This document shows, piece after piece, positions 8,802 to 18,268 of a stretch of 33,578 bases of DNA. Origin of the DNA: a virus (lineage: Duplodnaviria; Caudoviricetes); IMG/VR virus record IMGVR_UViG_3300043409_001183, positions 1 to 33,578 of that record, one strand, 5' to 3'. The translations under genes and the position numbers were made by a program. Numbering within the stretch: the first letter of the stretch is position 1; each line of letters starts with the position of its first letter. A model generated the notes under the pieces. That model had not been told where the DNA came from, did not search any database, and worked only from the letters and a program-made list of their open reading frames with translations.

Positions 8802-9204
8802 GCTAGCGCTCGGAGCGTTCCTGCTGCTAACCTTAGCGGGCTGCGGCGGAACGCGCAACACCTCGAACGATCGCGGCGAGGCGTACAAGATTGAAAACAC
8901 CTACACAGAGGGCGGCAAAACAATACTTTTAAATGATCTAAGCTTCGAGCCGATCGACGCCCTTAAACCCTTTAAACTGGGCGGGCGAGAGTTCGAGAAC
9001 GTGAAGATTAGAAGTTCTAGCAAAGATATAGTAGAGAAGTGGCGAACAAAAACGGTCTATAGGACTAAAACTATTTACAGAACCAAGACAATAGCTCGAG
9101 AGAATAACAGCTATTTATGGATAGGGTTATTCGCTATTTTAGCCTTTTTCCTCTTTTTATGGATTTACCTGCCGAAGCTAAAAGCGCCAACCTTAAAAAT
9201 TTAA
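8794..9204 (+). CDS. Putative unimolecular spanin
   Basis: Lipobox LAG|C plus a C-terminal transmembrane helix, immediately after the endolysin (T1 gp11-type architecture). Confidence 0.7.
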   Translation: MRRLALGAFLLLTLAGCGGTRNTSNDRGEAYKIENTYTEGGKTILLNDLSFEPIDALKPFKLGGREFENVKIRSSSKDIVEKWRTKTVYRTKTIYRTKTIARENNSYLWIGLFAILAFFLFLWIYLPKLKAPTLKI

Positions 9205-9227
9205 CCGCCCGACAAGGCGGTTTTTTT
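9203..9227 (+). terminator. Intrinsic terminator ending the lysis operon
   Basis: AACCGCC-CGACAA-GGCGGTT plus T-run. Confidence 0.9.
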
Positions 9228-9232
9228 ACGCC

Positions 9233-9500
9233 CGTAAACAAGAAAACCTGAAAATAAACAAGGCTTGTTTATCGCTAGCCCCAACGGGCACAAGGGCGGA
9301 GAAACCTAGTAAACTAATAAACTATTTAATTAATAATATAATAAGAGTAATAAATATATAGTATATAGATTACAATATAATAGCGAAAACGCGTAAAACA
9401 CGTTATATACTTTAAGAAAAGGGGGTTTATTTTGTTTCTTGTTTATTTTAAAGCCTATAAGCCTTAAAATCAAAGATTTATAAAATATTTGCTTGTTTAC
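9233..9500. repeat. Origin-like element copy 1 (convergent AAACAA/TTGTTT iterons around an AT-rich core)
   Basis: First 38 nt match 23033.. at 37/38; collinear similarity continues through the element. Confidence 0.75.
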
Positions 9501-9511
9501 CCTAAAATTTT

Positions 9512-9554
9512 TTATAAAAAGCTATTGGAAATATAAAACAGTGTTGTATATTTG
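9512..9554 (+). promoter_or_regulatory. Early promoter (TATATTTG 9547-9554) with two tandem 21-bp palindromic operators
   Basis: TTATAAAAA-GCT-ATTGGAAAT (9512) and ATATAAAAC-AGT-GTTGTATAT (9531). Confidence 0.7.
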
Positions 9555-9575
9555 CCTAAGAAAAATACAAACACC

Positions 9576-9992
9576 ATGAGTAGAATTGATATAGCACGCC
9601 TAAGAAAACTGAGAGGCATTAAGGCTGCGGAATTAGCGAAAGCTTTATTCCCCGACCACAAACACCCGTACCATGCTTTGAATTTTGTCGAGAGAGGCAA
9701 AGCTTTTTTAAACTCCGAACAGATAGGCGTATTGGCTAAAATTATGGAGCTGCCTATCGGTATGGTTTTCGAAGACACTGACTGGCTTATGAGCTCTTCG
9801 AAAATAGGGCCCTCGATTATCGAGTTTAGGGTTTACGACTACGTCGCCCTTTACGACAGCAAGCGCCACACGACCAAGCTCTCAAACGCTAACGGCGTAA
9901 TGTACGAAGAGGTCGTCCACGATCACGGCATGGGTATCAGCGAATATGAGAAATTTTTAACCGATTTAATAATTAAACACAAACAAAAATGA
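9576..9992 (+). CDS. XRE-family HTH transcriptional regulator
   Basis: IARLRKLRGIKAAELAKAL...VERG...LAKIMELPI pattern; start moved to ATG 9576, downstream of the promoter. Confidence 0.75.
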   Translation: MSRIDIARLRKLRGIKAAELAKALFPDHKHPYHALNFVERGKAFLNSEQIGVLAKIMELPIGMVFEDTDWLMSSSKIGPSIIEFRVYDYVALYDSKRHTTKLSNANGVMYEEVVHDHGMGISEYEKFLTDLIIKHKQK

Positions 9993-10441
9993 GCTTAACA
10001 GAATTAAAAGTAGTTATCACGGATCAAAACGCGGCAATCGTTGCGGAATTTATCACGAAGTTACACGGTGCGTCAGCTATTGCAGCTAAGCCCGTAGAGT
10101 TTATCGAGGTAAACGACGCCGAGGAGGTAAAAGCCGAAGCCGTAGAGCCTAAAAAAGAGCCAGCAAAGCGTCCGTCAAGAGCTAAGAAGCCCGAGCCAGT
10201 AGCGGAGGAGGTCGAAGAGCAAGACGAGTCAGAAGCCGAAGAGGACAACGAACTGGAAGACGAGGGCAACGAGGCCGAAGCCGTAAGGGTTGACGACATT
10301 AGAGCGCTACAAGCTCAAAAAGTAACGGCGCACCGTGAGGCGATTATCGCGAAGTTTAAAACACTAGACGCGAAAGGCATCAGCTCGCTGGACGAGAAGC
10401 ACTACGCCGAGTACTACAACTTTTTAGCAGGTTTAAAGTAG
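9989..10441 (+). CDS. Acidic hypothetical protein preceding DUF2800
   Basis: ATGA-coupled; low-complexity Glu-rich linker and a small C-terminal helical domain. Confidence 0.8.
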   Translation: MSLTELKVVITDQNAAIVAEFITKLHGASAIAAKPVEFIEVNDAEEVKAEAVEPKKEPAKRPSRAKKPEPVAEEVEEQDESEAEEDNELEDEGNEAEAVRVDDIRALQAQKVTAHREAIIAKFKTLDAKGISSLDEKHYAEYYNFLAGLK

Positions 10442-10445
10442 TCGC

Positions 10446-11651
10446 ATGGCAGCAGTTAACCACACCGAAAGAGCGCACGCGCTGCTCAGCGCCTCGGGTT
10501 CCGAACGCTGGCTAAATTGCACCGCGTCGCCTAGACTAGAGGAGCAGTTCGCCGAAGAGCCAACAAGCAGCTACGCCGAGGAGGGCACACTAGCGCACGA
10601 GTTCGCCGAGCTAATGCTGAGACTGGATCTAAAATTTATATCCATGGCGAGCTATAAGCCGCAAGTCGAAGCCTTACGCAAACACCCGCTTTACTATCCG
10701 TCTATGGAAGACGAGGTTATGATCTACGTAAACTACTGCAAGGCTCAGTTCGCAGAGGCTAAACGCCTAGACAAGCACGCACGCATCTTAATTGAGGAGA
10801 AGTTAGACCTTACCGAGTGGATAGAGGAGGGTTTTGGGACAAGCGACTGCATAATAGTCTGCAATCTGGGCATAGAGGTCATAGACTTGAAGTTTGGCAA
10901 AGGTAAGCAGGTCTTCGCAAGTAGAAACAGCCAGTTAATGACTTACGGGCTGGGTGCCGAACGAATAGCCCGCAGGACTACCACTTTTGCAAAAGTGTCC
11001 TTAACGATCGTACAGCCTAGGCTCGATCACATTGACAGCTGGGGCTTATCAGTTAAGGAATTATACGACTGGGGGGCGCAGGTTTTAAAACCGAAAGCCG
11101 AGGAGGCGTTCGACGGACTAGGCGAGCAGGTCGCGGGCGATCACTGCCAATATTGCCGAGCAAAAGTAAAATGTAGGGCTCTTCACGAAATGGCTATGCA
11201 GACGGTAAAAGAGGACTTTAAAGATCCGCACCTAGTAAGCGACGAGGAGCTTTTAAAAGCCTACAACTCGGCGGGTTTTATCGCTAAGTACTTAGAGGCA
11301 GTTAAGGCGCACGTCTTAAAAGAGGCGCTCGACGGTAAGCAGTGGCAAGGTCTTAAGCTGGTAGAGGGCCGAAGCGTTCGCCAATGGTCCGACGAGGCAA
11401 AAGCCCGCGAGATCCTAGAAGAAAATCTCTACGGACCCGAGGAGTTTTTAAACCAAAAAATTAAAGGTCTGGGCGACTTGGAGAAGTTACTCAAAAAATC
11501 TAATTTTGAACGCCTGCTAGGACACCTAATAGTAAAACCCGCAGGAGCGCCTACTCTAGTCGACGAGAATGACAAACGCCCTTTGTACGGCGTAGCACAA
11601 TTACAAAAAGACTTCGCAGACATAAACGAGGGTGGCGAAGACCTCGACTAA
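10446..11651 (+). CDS. DUF2800 family PD-(D/E)xK (Cas4-like) exonuclease
   Basis: HALLSAS...WLNC, EGTLAH, FGTSD, IDLKFG, QLMTY and C..C motifs. Confidence 0.88.
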   Translation: MAAVNHTERAHALLSASGSERWLNCTASPRLEEQFAEEPTSSYAEEGTLAHEFAELMLRLDLKFISMASYKPQVEALRKHPLYYPSMEDEVMIYVNYCKAQFAEAKRLDKHARILIEEKLDLTEWIEEGFGTSDCIIVCNLGIEVIDLKFGKGKQVFASRNSQLMTYGLGAERIARRTTTFAKVSLTIVQPRLDHIDSWGLSVKELYDWGAQVLKPKAEEAFDGLGEQVAGDHCQYCRAKVKCRALHEMAMQTVKEDFKDPHLVSDEELLKAYNSAGFIAKYLEAVKAHVLKEALDGKQWQGLKLVEGRSVRQWSDEAKAREILEENLYGPEEFLNQKIKGLGDLEKLLKKSNFERLLGHLIVKPAGAPTLVDENDKRPLYGVAQLQKDFADINEGGEDLD

Positions 11652-11678
11652 ATTAAAAATCAATTAAAAATTAAGAAA

Positions 11679-12221
11679 ATGGCAGCTAAGAAAGAGTACA
11701 GAGTTACAACGGGTAAAATTTTAGTAAATTTCCCCGAGCTTTTCGAAACAACCTTAGGGTTAGGAACTACACCTCATTGGTCAGTACAAGTAATTGTAAA
11801 CAAAAAGGACAAGGCGACAGTATCGCTTATCGAGGCTAAAATCAAAGAGCTGGAAGATGACATAATTAAGTCTAAGTACGCAGGTAAAAAGCCTAAAAAA
11901 TGGGTAAGCCCATTACGTGACGGCGACGAGGAGAAAGAGAGCGAAGAGTACCAAAACGCCTATTTTTTAAACGCAAAAGCTTACAAGTATAAGCCGAAAG
12001 TAGTTAATAAAGATTTCAGTGATATTTTAGATCCCGAAGAGATCTACAGTGGTTGTTTTGGGAGAGCGGTATTAACTTTCTACCACTATGACAATAGTGG
12101 AAGCGTTGGGATTGCTTGCGGAATTTCAACTTTAATGAAGCTTTCAGACGGCGAGCCTTTAAGCGGCGGACGTGATGTAAGGGCTGATTTTGAAGACATG
12201 GACGACGAGGATCTAGACTAA
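11679..12221 (+). CDS. DUF2815 family single-stranded DNA-binding protein
   Basis: PLRDGD, YFLNA, IYSGC, DGEPL motifs and an acidic C-terminal tail. Confidence 0.88.
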   Translation: MAAKKEYRVTTGKILVNFPELFETTLGLGTTPHWSVQVIVNKKDKATVSLIEAKIKELEDDIIKSKYAGKKPKKWVSPLRDGDEEKESEEYQNAYFLNAKAYKYKPKVVNKDFSDILDPEEIYSGCFGRAVLTFYHYDNSGSVGIACGISTLMKLSDGEPLSGGRDVRADFEDMDDEDLD

Positions 12222-12232
12222 TTAAAAACGGC

Positions 12233-12289
12233 GGGTGCGCTAGGTGCATAATTACTAAAGTAAGCGGGTTCGACTCCCGCACACCCTCA
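12233..12289 (+). ncRNA. Minimal tRNA-like element (acceptor and T arm, no true anticodon arm)
   Basis: GCGGG-TTCGACT-CCCGC perfect T arm; GGGTG/CACCC acceptor-like stem; only ~25 nt between them. Confidence 0.55.
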
Positions 12290-12477
12290 AAGCCGAAAGG
12301 CTCAGCTATAAAAACTCGGGACAACAGACGGGAATTTTTAGCGACACGGACTACAGCGTGAGACTCGTAGCGGTGCATAAGCAAAGGCGTACAGGTAGGG
12401 ACCTCTTGCAATTATAAATATTTTGGTTTAAAATAGTTAAACTTAGACCCGTTAAGGCTCTCGCGTAAAGAGCCGCC

Positions 12478-12549
12478 GATACTTTAGCTCAGTTGGTAGA
12501 GCGGGGCAGATAGGGTCCCTCGTCGCAGGTTCGAGTCCTGCAAGTATCT
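12478..12549 (+). tRNA. tRNA-like gene with an aberrant anticodon loop (AGATAGG); identity undetermined
   Basis: Acceptor GATACTT/AAGTATC, D arm GCTC-AGTTGGTA-GAGC, T arm GCAGG-TTCGAGT-CCTGC. No N26, no U33, no encoded CCA. Confidence 0.75.
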
Positions 12550-12572
12550 CAAAACCTTTCAACTCAAAAATT

Positions 12573-14531
12573 ATGACTTTTAAACTGCACATTGACGTCG
12601 AGACTTATTCGAGCGTCGACATAGCGACCTGCGGCTCTTACGCTTACTTCGAGAGCCCCGACTTCGAGATCTTAATTTTGGCTTATAGCCTCGAGGGCGG
12701 AGACGCCAAGGTCCTAGACCTAGCGCAAGGCGATAAAATGGACAAGGGCTTTGTCGACTTACTGCATAACCCTAAAGTCGAGCTACACGCGCATAATGCA
12801 AACTTCGAAAGAAACGCCTTTAAAGCGATAGGCTACGACATACCAGTCGAGCGCTGGCACTGCTCAGCGGTTAAAGCTGGGTACTGCGGTCTACCTATGA
12901 GCCTAGACGGCGCAAGTAAGGCACTAGGCATCGAGCAGCTAAAAGCCGCAGAGGGTAAGGCTTTAATTAGATACTTCTCTTGCCCCGTTAAGCCTACCAA
13001 GACCAACGGCGGGCGAACCCGCAACCTACCACACCACAACCCCGAGAAATGGGAAGCATATAAAAACTACTGCGCGCAGGACGTACGTACAGAAATGGGC
13101 ATACTCGACGCGCTGGCAGGTTTCGAACTACCCGAGACGGAGCGCTTAAACTACTTTTTAGATCAAAAAATTAACGACCGAGGCGTTAACATCGACGTAA
13201 CGCTGGCGCGTAACGCTATCTTAATAGACGACCGCTTTAAGCTAGAAGTCACGGACGAACTGAAAAGAATTACAGGACTTTCCAACCCCAACAGCGTCGC
13301 TCAGCTCTCGCAATGGCTCACAACTGAGACGCGAAAAGAAGTAAAAACACTCGCAAAAGATAATGTTACGGCTTTAATTGACGAGCTTAAAAGCGGCGCT
13401 GCGGTTGAGGTCCTAAAGTTAAGACAGCTAGGCTCGAAGACTTCAACTAAAAAGTTTGAAGCGATGGTAAACTATGCACTAGACGATCACACGGCGCACG
13501 GCCTTTTATACTTTTACGGCGGTAGCAGGACGGGCCGCTGGGCTGGCCGAGCCGTCCAGCTTCAAAACTTACCCCGTAACAAAATGGAGCTTATCGACTG
13601 CGCCCGTCAACTGGTACGCGCTGGCGATTATGAAATGCTTAAGATCATGTTCGACAATATCCCGAGTGTACTATCTCAGTTGATCCGTACGGCCTTAATT
13701 GCTAAAGACGGTAATACCTTAGCCGTTGCCGATTATAGCGCGATAGAGGGCAGGATAACGGCTTGGCTAGCTGGCGAGCGCTGGCGCCTTGACGTATTTG
13801 CAGGAGACGGCAAGATCTACGAGGCGTCGGCGGCTATGATGTTTAACGTACCGATAGAGTCAATCGGTAAAGGCTCAGAGCTTCGAGACAAGGGCAAAAT
13901 TGCCGAGCTGGCTCTCGGCTTCGGCGGATCCGTCGGAGCGCTTAAAACTATGGGCGGCGAGTCTATGGGGCTAAGTGAGTCAGAGATGAAGTCGATCGTT
14001 GAGCGCTGGCGCAAAGCTTCGCCCGCTATTGTAAAAATGTGGTATGAGTTCGAGGCGTGCGCAATTGACGCACTTAAAACTAGACGTCCGATAAAGTCAA
14101 AACTAAAAGGCATCACGTTTAGATATCAGCATAAATGCCTAACTATCGAACTACCAAATAGCCGTAAACTTATCTATCGCGAACCCGTACTAACTTCAAA
14201 TAAGTGGGGCGGGGAGTCTATAAAATACAAAGGTAAAAATCAAATTACTGGACAATGGGGCTGGGTGGATACTTACGGCGGGAAGCTCTCGGAAAACATT
14301 ATACAGGCAATCGCTAGAGACTTACTAGCGGACGGTATGCGCAGGCTAGACGCCGCAGGCTTCGACATCGTTATGCACGTGCACGACGAAGTGGTCGCCG
14401 ACATACCCGACCTATCGACCGACTACGTAATCGGCGAAATGTGCAGGATTTTAGGCGAGGAGGTCGACTGGGCTCGAGGGCTCGGAACGCCCGCCGAGGG
14501 GTTCGTAACGCCGTACTATAAAAAAGACTAA
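12573..14531 (+). CDS. DNA polymerase, family A (3'-5' exonuclease plus polymerase)
   Basis: HIDVETYS (ExoI), HNANFE, TGRWAG..QLQNLPR, ADYSAIE (motif A), [12 protein letters not shown] (motif B), HVHDE (motif C). Confidence 0.95.
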   Translation: MTFKLHIDVETYSSVDIATCGSYAYFESPDFEILILAYSLEGGDAKVLDLAQGDKMDKGFVDLLHNPKVELHAHNANFERNAFKAIGYDIPVERWHCSAVKAGYCGLPMSLDGASKALGIEQLKAAEGKALIRYFSCPVKPTKTNGGRTRNLPHHNPEKWEAYKNYCAQDVRTEMGILDALAGFELPETERLNYFLDQKINDRGVNIDVTLARNAILIDDRFKLEVTDELKRITGLSNPNSVAQLSQWLTTETRKEVKTLAKDNVTALIDELKSGAAVEVLKLRQLGSKTSTKKFEAMVNYALDDHTAHGLLYFYGGSRTGRWAGRAVQLQNLPRNKMELIDCARQLVRAGDYEMLKIMFDNIPSVLSQLIRTALIAKDGNTLAVADYSAIEGRITAWLAGERWRLDVFAGDGKIYEASAAMMFNVPIESIGKGSELRDKGKIAELALGFGGSVGALKTMGGESMGLSESEMKSIVERWRKASPAIVKMWYEFEACAIDALKTRRPIKSKLKGITFRYQHKCLTIELPNSRKLIYREPVLTSNKWGGESIKYKGKNQITGQWGWVDTYGGKLSENIIQAIARDLLADGMRRLDAAGFDIVMHVHDEVVADIPDLSTDYVIGEMCRILGEEVDWARGLGTPAEGFVTPYYKKD

Positions 14532-14537
14532 AAAAAA

Positions 14538-14580
14538 ATATACAACGGTGTTGTATATATTAAATATAGTTATATATTTG
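14538..14580 (+). promoter_or_regulatory. Promoter (TATATTTG 14573-14580) with two tandem operators
   Basis: Perfect palindrome ATATACAAC-GGT-GTTGTATAT (14538-14558) and ATATTAAAT-ATA-GTTATATAT (14557-14577). Confidence 0.75.
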
Positions 14581-14604
14581 CTAAGACCTAAAACAGAAAA
14601 AAAA

Positions 14605-15327
14605 ATGATAAAGATGGAAATTAAATCGGTAGGGGGCGTAGTGCTTTTTTCGCACGAGGCAGAAAATAATACAATAAAAGAAACTCTGGAGCGTGCGGAT
14701 TTGAGCGGTGCGAATTTGAGAGGTGCGGGTTTGATGCGTGCGGATTTGAGAGGTGCGGATTTGAGCGGTGCGAATTTGAGCGGTGCGGATTTGAGCGGTG
14801 CGAATTTGAGAGGTGCGGATTTGATACGTGCGGATTTGAGAGGTGCGGATTTGAGCGGTGCGAATTTGAGAGGTGCGGATTTGAGCGGTGCGAATTTGAG
14901 CGGTGCGGATTTGAGCGGTGCGGATTTGATGCGTGCGGATTTGAGCGGTGCGGATTTGATGCGTGCGGATTTGAGCGGTACGGATTTGAGCGGTGCGAAT
15001 TTGATGCGTGCGAATTTGATCGGTGCGGATTTGAGAGGTGCGGATTTGAGCGGTGCGAATTTGAGAGGTGCGGATTTGAGCGGTGCGGATTTGAGCGGTG
15101 CGAATTTGAGCGGTGCGATACTCCCGCAATTTTGTAAATGGTCCCACGGAATCAAAGACGGTAAAATTAGAATAGGCTGTAAAGTTAAAACGATTGAAGA
15201 CTGGGACGCTTTTTTTAATTCAGAAGAAGAGTACGACACACCTAGAAGCTCCTCAGATTTTAAACAAATTAGGGCTATTTTTGAATCCTACAAAGCGTAT
15301 TTAAATGTTTTAAATTCAAAAGGATAA
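14605..15327 (+). CDS. Pentapeptide repeat protein
   Basis: 28 tandem A(D/N)L(S/R/M/I)(G/R) units; start moved to ATG 14605, downstream of the promoter. Confidence 0.93.
   Translation: MIKMEIKSVGGVVLFSHEAENNTIKETLERADLSGANLRGAGLMRADLRGADLSGANLSGADLSGANLRGADLIRADLRGADLSGANLRGADLSGANLSGADLSGADLMRADLSGADLMRADLSGTDLSGANLMRANLIGADLRGADLSGANLRGADLSGADLSGANLSGAILPQFCKWSHGIKDGKIRIGCKVKTIEDWDAFFNSEEEYDTPRSSSDFKQIRAIFESYKAYLNVLNSKG
14695..15114 (+). repeat. 15-bp coding tandem repeat, 28 copies (consensus GCGGATTTGAGCGGT)
   Basis: Directly visible; 420 bp / 15. Confidence 0.95.
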
Positions 15328-17739
15328 GTGACACACGACGGGAAAATCAACATCGCTACGGGCTTAAACGTTCGCTCGACGGTATGGAAAAATAAGGCGG
15401 TTAAATGGTCGGACTTTGTCAAGACTATAAGCACGCCCTCAGTAATGGCGGTAAGCTACAAAGATTTTATTAACGCCAACAAAGAAGAGCAGACCTCGCT
15501 AAAAGGCGCGGCGGGTGGGTACGTCGGGGGCTACTTGCGTAACGGCAAGCGAAGCCCTAAAAACGTAATGCACCGCCAGCTCTTGACGCTAGACATCGAC
15601 TTCGCGCATTTTGAATTTTGGGAGGACTTTACTCTGCAGTACACTAACGCGGCGATCCTGCACGGAACGGCGAAGCACTCAAAGGCTATGCCAAGATACC
15701 GCCTTTTAATGCCGTTAGACCGAGAGTGTACGCCCGACGAGTACGTCGCAGTCGGCCGCTACGTGGCGGGCGAGCTAGGCGTCGAGCTTTTCGATAATAC
15801 TACTTTCGAGACTAACCGCCTAATGTTCTACCCAGTAGTCCCGAAAGACTCGGAGTATTATTGCGAGGTGCAGGACGGCGACTGGCTAAATGTCGACGAG
15901 ATCCTAGCCTCTTACATAGACTGGACGGATACAAGCCTCTGGCCCACCTCGGGGCGAATGCTGCGAGAGCTAGGCGACCGAGCCAAGAAGCAGGCAGACC
16001 CGAGAGAGAAGAGCGGGATCGTTGGGGCTTTTTGCCGTACCTACGGAATTGCTGAGGTTATAGAAAAGTACTTAACCGACGAGTACACGCCGACCGACAA
16101 AGAGGACCGCTACACCTATACGCAAGGCTCAACGGCTGGTGGGCTTATTGTCTACGAGGACACGTTCGCGTTTAGCCACCACGGGACAGACCCCTGCAGC
16201 GGCAAAACCTCAAACGCCTTTGACCTTGTAAGGCTGCATAAATTCGGCCACCTAGACGCTGAGGGGCAGGCCGCAGGCGTTAAGGCTAAGAGCTTCGCGG
16301 CTATGGAAGAGCTCGCGCTCAAAGATAAAGAAGTTAAGAAGCTAATCGCCGCCGAGAGCCTCGAGGCTATAAAGTACGACTTCGCCGAGCCGCTGGACGA
16401 CTACGACCTAGAGGACGAAGCCGTCGAGGGTTCAGCTACGGCCGACGCTACCGAGTGGCTCGCCGAGTTAGACATGGACAACCGCGGGAACTACCTCTCG
16501 AGCGCTCAAAACCTAAATTTAATATTCACGAACGACGCGCGCCTTAAAGATTGTTTTAAGCAAAACCAGTTCGATAATAAGCGCTACGCTTTTAAAACTT
16601 TGCCTTGGCGCCGAGTTACTAAACCCGAGCCGCTTCGCAATGTAGATTATAGCGGAATACGTAACTATATCGAAACGATCTACGGCATTACGGGCGTTCA
16701 GAAAATAGACGACGCTCTCGCTTTGGAGTTCGAAAGGCGATCCTTCCATCCGATTAAGGACTATCTTAACGGCTTGGCGTGGGACGGTCAAAAACGCATT
16801 GATTATTTATTAATTGACTACTTCGGGGCGCCCGACAACGCATACACCCGCGAGGCTATTCGAAAAACTTTAGTCGCTGCGGTTGCAAGAGTATTTAATT
16901 CGGGAGTGAAATTCGACTTGGTTTTAACGCTAATAGGCCCGCAGGGTACAAACAAAAGTACTTTTATCAATAAGCTAGGCGGCGAGTGGTACTCTGATAG
17001 TTTTATGACCGTAAGCGGGAACCAAGCCTTTGAGCAATTACAAGGCGCTTGGATAATGGAAATTGCAGAAATGGCAGGGTTTAGAAAGTCAGACGTCGAG
17101 GGAGTAAAGCACTACCTTACTAAGCAGATAGACACCTACCGCCCCGCCTATGGTAAAGTCGTCGAGTCGTACCCGCGCCAAAATATCTTTATAGCTACGA
17201 GCAACAAGCACCAGCTCTTCACGGACCCAAGCGGAAACCGTCGCTTTATGCCGATAGACGTGAAGCCCGAAGAGGTACTAAAAAGCGTATGGCACGACCT
17301 CGACGCTGAGGTCCCGCAAATATGGGCTGAGGCTAAATATCTTTTTGATAAAGGTGAGAGTTTGTTTTTAAGCGCAGAGGCCGCAGTAATTGCGGACAAA
17401 GAACAAAGAGAGCACTGTGACGTTGACGACCGTACGGGCATAGTAGAGGAGTACCTTAACGCTTTTCTGCCAGACAGCTGGGCTAAGCTAGACTTAGACC
17501 AAAGGCGAATGTACCTCAACGACCCCGAAGCCTCAGAGGCTAACAGTAACAAACGTGACAGGGTTTGCATCGCTGAGATATGGTGTGAGTGCCTCGGGAA
17601 GAACAAAGAGGACATGAGCCGCTACTTAACGGGCAGCATCAACGACATAATGAAGAGCCTCACAGATTGGGAGTATAAAGCCTCAACGGCTAACTTCGGG
17701 ATCTATGGCAAACAGAAATTTTATCAACGTAAAAAATAA
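15328..17739 (+). CDS. Primase plus VapE/VirE-family P-loop helicase
   Basis: N-terminal GGYVGG, LTLDID, H...PRYRL primase-like motifs; C-terminal Walker A GPQGTNKST, Walker B IMEIAE and D.SGNRRF. Confidence 0.9.
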   Translation: MTHDGKINIATGLNVRSTVWKNKAVKWSDFVKTISTPSVMAVSYKDFINANKEEQTSLKGAAGGYVGGYLRNGKRSPKNVMHRQLLTLDIDFAHFEFWEDFTLQYTNAAILHGTAKHSKAMPRYRLLMPLDRECTPDEYVAVGRYVAGELGVELFDNTTFETNRLMFYPVVPKDSEYYCEVQDGDWLNVDEILASYIDWTDTSLWPTSGRMLRELGDRAKKQADPREKSGIVGAFCRTYGIAEVIEKYLTDEYTPTDKEDRYTYTQGSTAGGLIVYEDTFAFSHHGTDPCSGKTSNAFDLVRLHKFGHLDAEGQAAGVKAKSFAAMEELALKDKEVKKLIAAESLEAIKYDFAEPLDDYDLEDEAVEGSATADATEWLAELDMDNRGNYLSSAQNLNLIFTNDARLKDCFKQNQFDNKRYAFKTLPWRRVTKPEPLRNVDYSGIRNYIETIYGITGVQKIDDALALEFERRSFHPIKDYLNGLAWDGQKRIDYLLIDYFGAPDNAYTREAIRKTLVAAVARVFNSGVKFDLVLTLIGPQGTNKSTFINKLGGEWYSDSFMTVSGNQAFEQLQGAWIMEIAEMAGFRKSDVEGVKHYLTKQIDTYRPAYGKVVESYPRQNIFIATSNKHQLFTDPSGNRRFMPIDVKPEEVLKSVWHDLDAEVPQIWAEAKYLFDKGESLFLSAEAAVIADKEQREHCDVDDRTGIVEEYLNAFLPDSWAKLDLDQRRMYLNDPEASEANSNKRDRVCIAEIWCECLGKNKEDMSRYLTGSINDIMKSLTDWEYKASTANFGIYGKQKFYQRKK

Positions 17740-17744
17740 AGATT

Positions 17745-17987
17745 ATGGAATTTTCAAAGAAAGATCAAGAGCTACACGATGAGATAGTTATTAAGCTGCA
17801 AGCCTTATCGAAAGATCTAAAAAGGGCGGGATTTGGCTACTGGCTGACCGTAGGCAGAAAAGGGCAAGCGGCCAACTATTGCGGAGGCCCCAAAGACGAT
17901 GTTGTAGGTGCTGTAGTTAATCTAGCGGAGCGAAACCCCGAACTAGCCCACGCCTTACAGTGCGCCCTAGACGAAAGCCTTATATAA
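17745..17987 (+). CDS. Hypothetical protein
   Basis: 80 aa, fills the gap; TAATG-coupled to the next gene. Confidence 0.7.
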   Translation: MEFSKKDQELHDEIVIKLQALSKDLKRAGFGYWLTVGRKGQAANYCGGPKDDVVGAVVNLAERNPELAHALQCALDESLI

Positions 17988-18268
17988 TGGCTAGCGAGAA
18001 GACTATCGAGCGCCACTTCGCTACGCAGGTTAAGCTCTTAGGCGGGCAGTCGTTCAAACTGCCTGCCGTCTACGTGGCAGGGCTGCCCGACCGCATGGCC
18101 TTACTACCTGGAGGCGTTGTGTTTTTCGCCGAGCTTAAAACGACGGGCAAAAAGCCCACACCGATACAAAAACTAATACATAAAAAACTGAGAGCGCTCG
18201 GCTTCGACGTCTATGTTATTGACTCGATCGAGTTATTAGAACAAACAATTAATAAATATAAAATATGA
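17987..18268 (+). CDS. VRR-NUC domain nuclease
   Basis: SEKTIE, GLPDR, FAELK and PIQ motifs; start at ATG 17987. Confidence 0.9.
   Translation: MASEKTIERHFATQVKLLGGQSFKLPAVYVAGLPDRMALLPGGVVFFAELKTTGKKPTPIQKLIHKKLRALGFDVYVIDSIELLEQTINKYKI

Noticed and set aside
10446-11651. Cas4-like gene as part of a CRISPR system
   Set aside because: It is the DUF2800 nuclease in its usual context with DUF2815 SSB and Pol A; no array is present.
12508-12514. Calling the tRNA-like gene tRNA-Tyr(AUA)
   Set aside because: The loop lacks U33 and a pyrimidine at 32, there is no long variable arm, and the discriminator is not Tyr-like; identity cannot be assigned.
14695-15114. CRISPR array or DGR-like repeat
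   Set aside because: Contiguous in-frame coding repeats with no spacers; no reverse transcriptase or cas operon in the window.
14451-15239. Long minus-strand ORFs (SAPLK and IRTAQ repeats)
   Set aside because: Shadow frames of the stop-free 15-bp tandem repeat.
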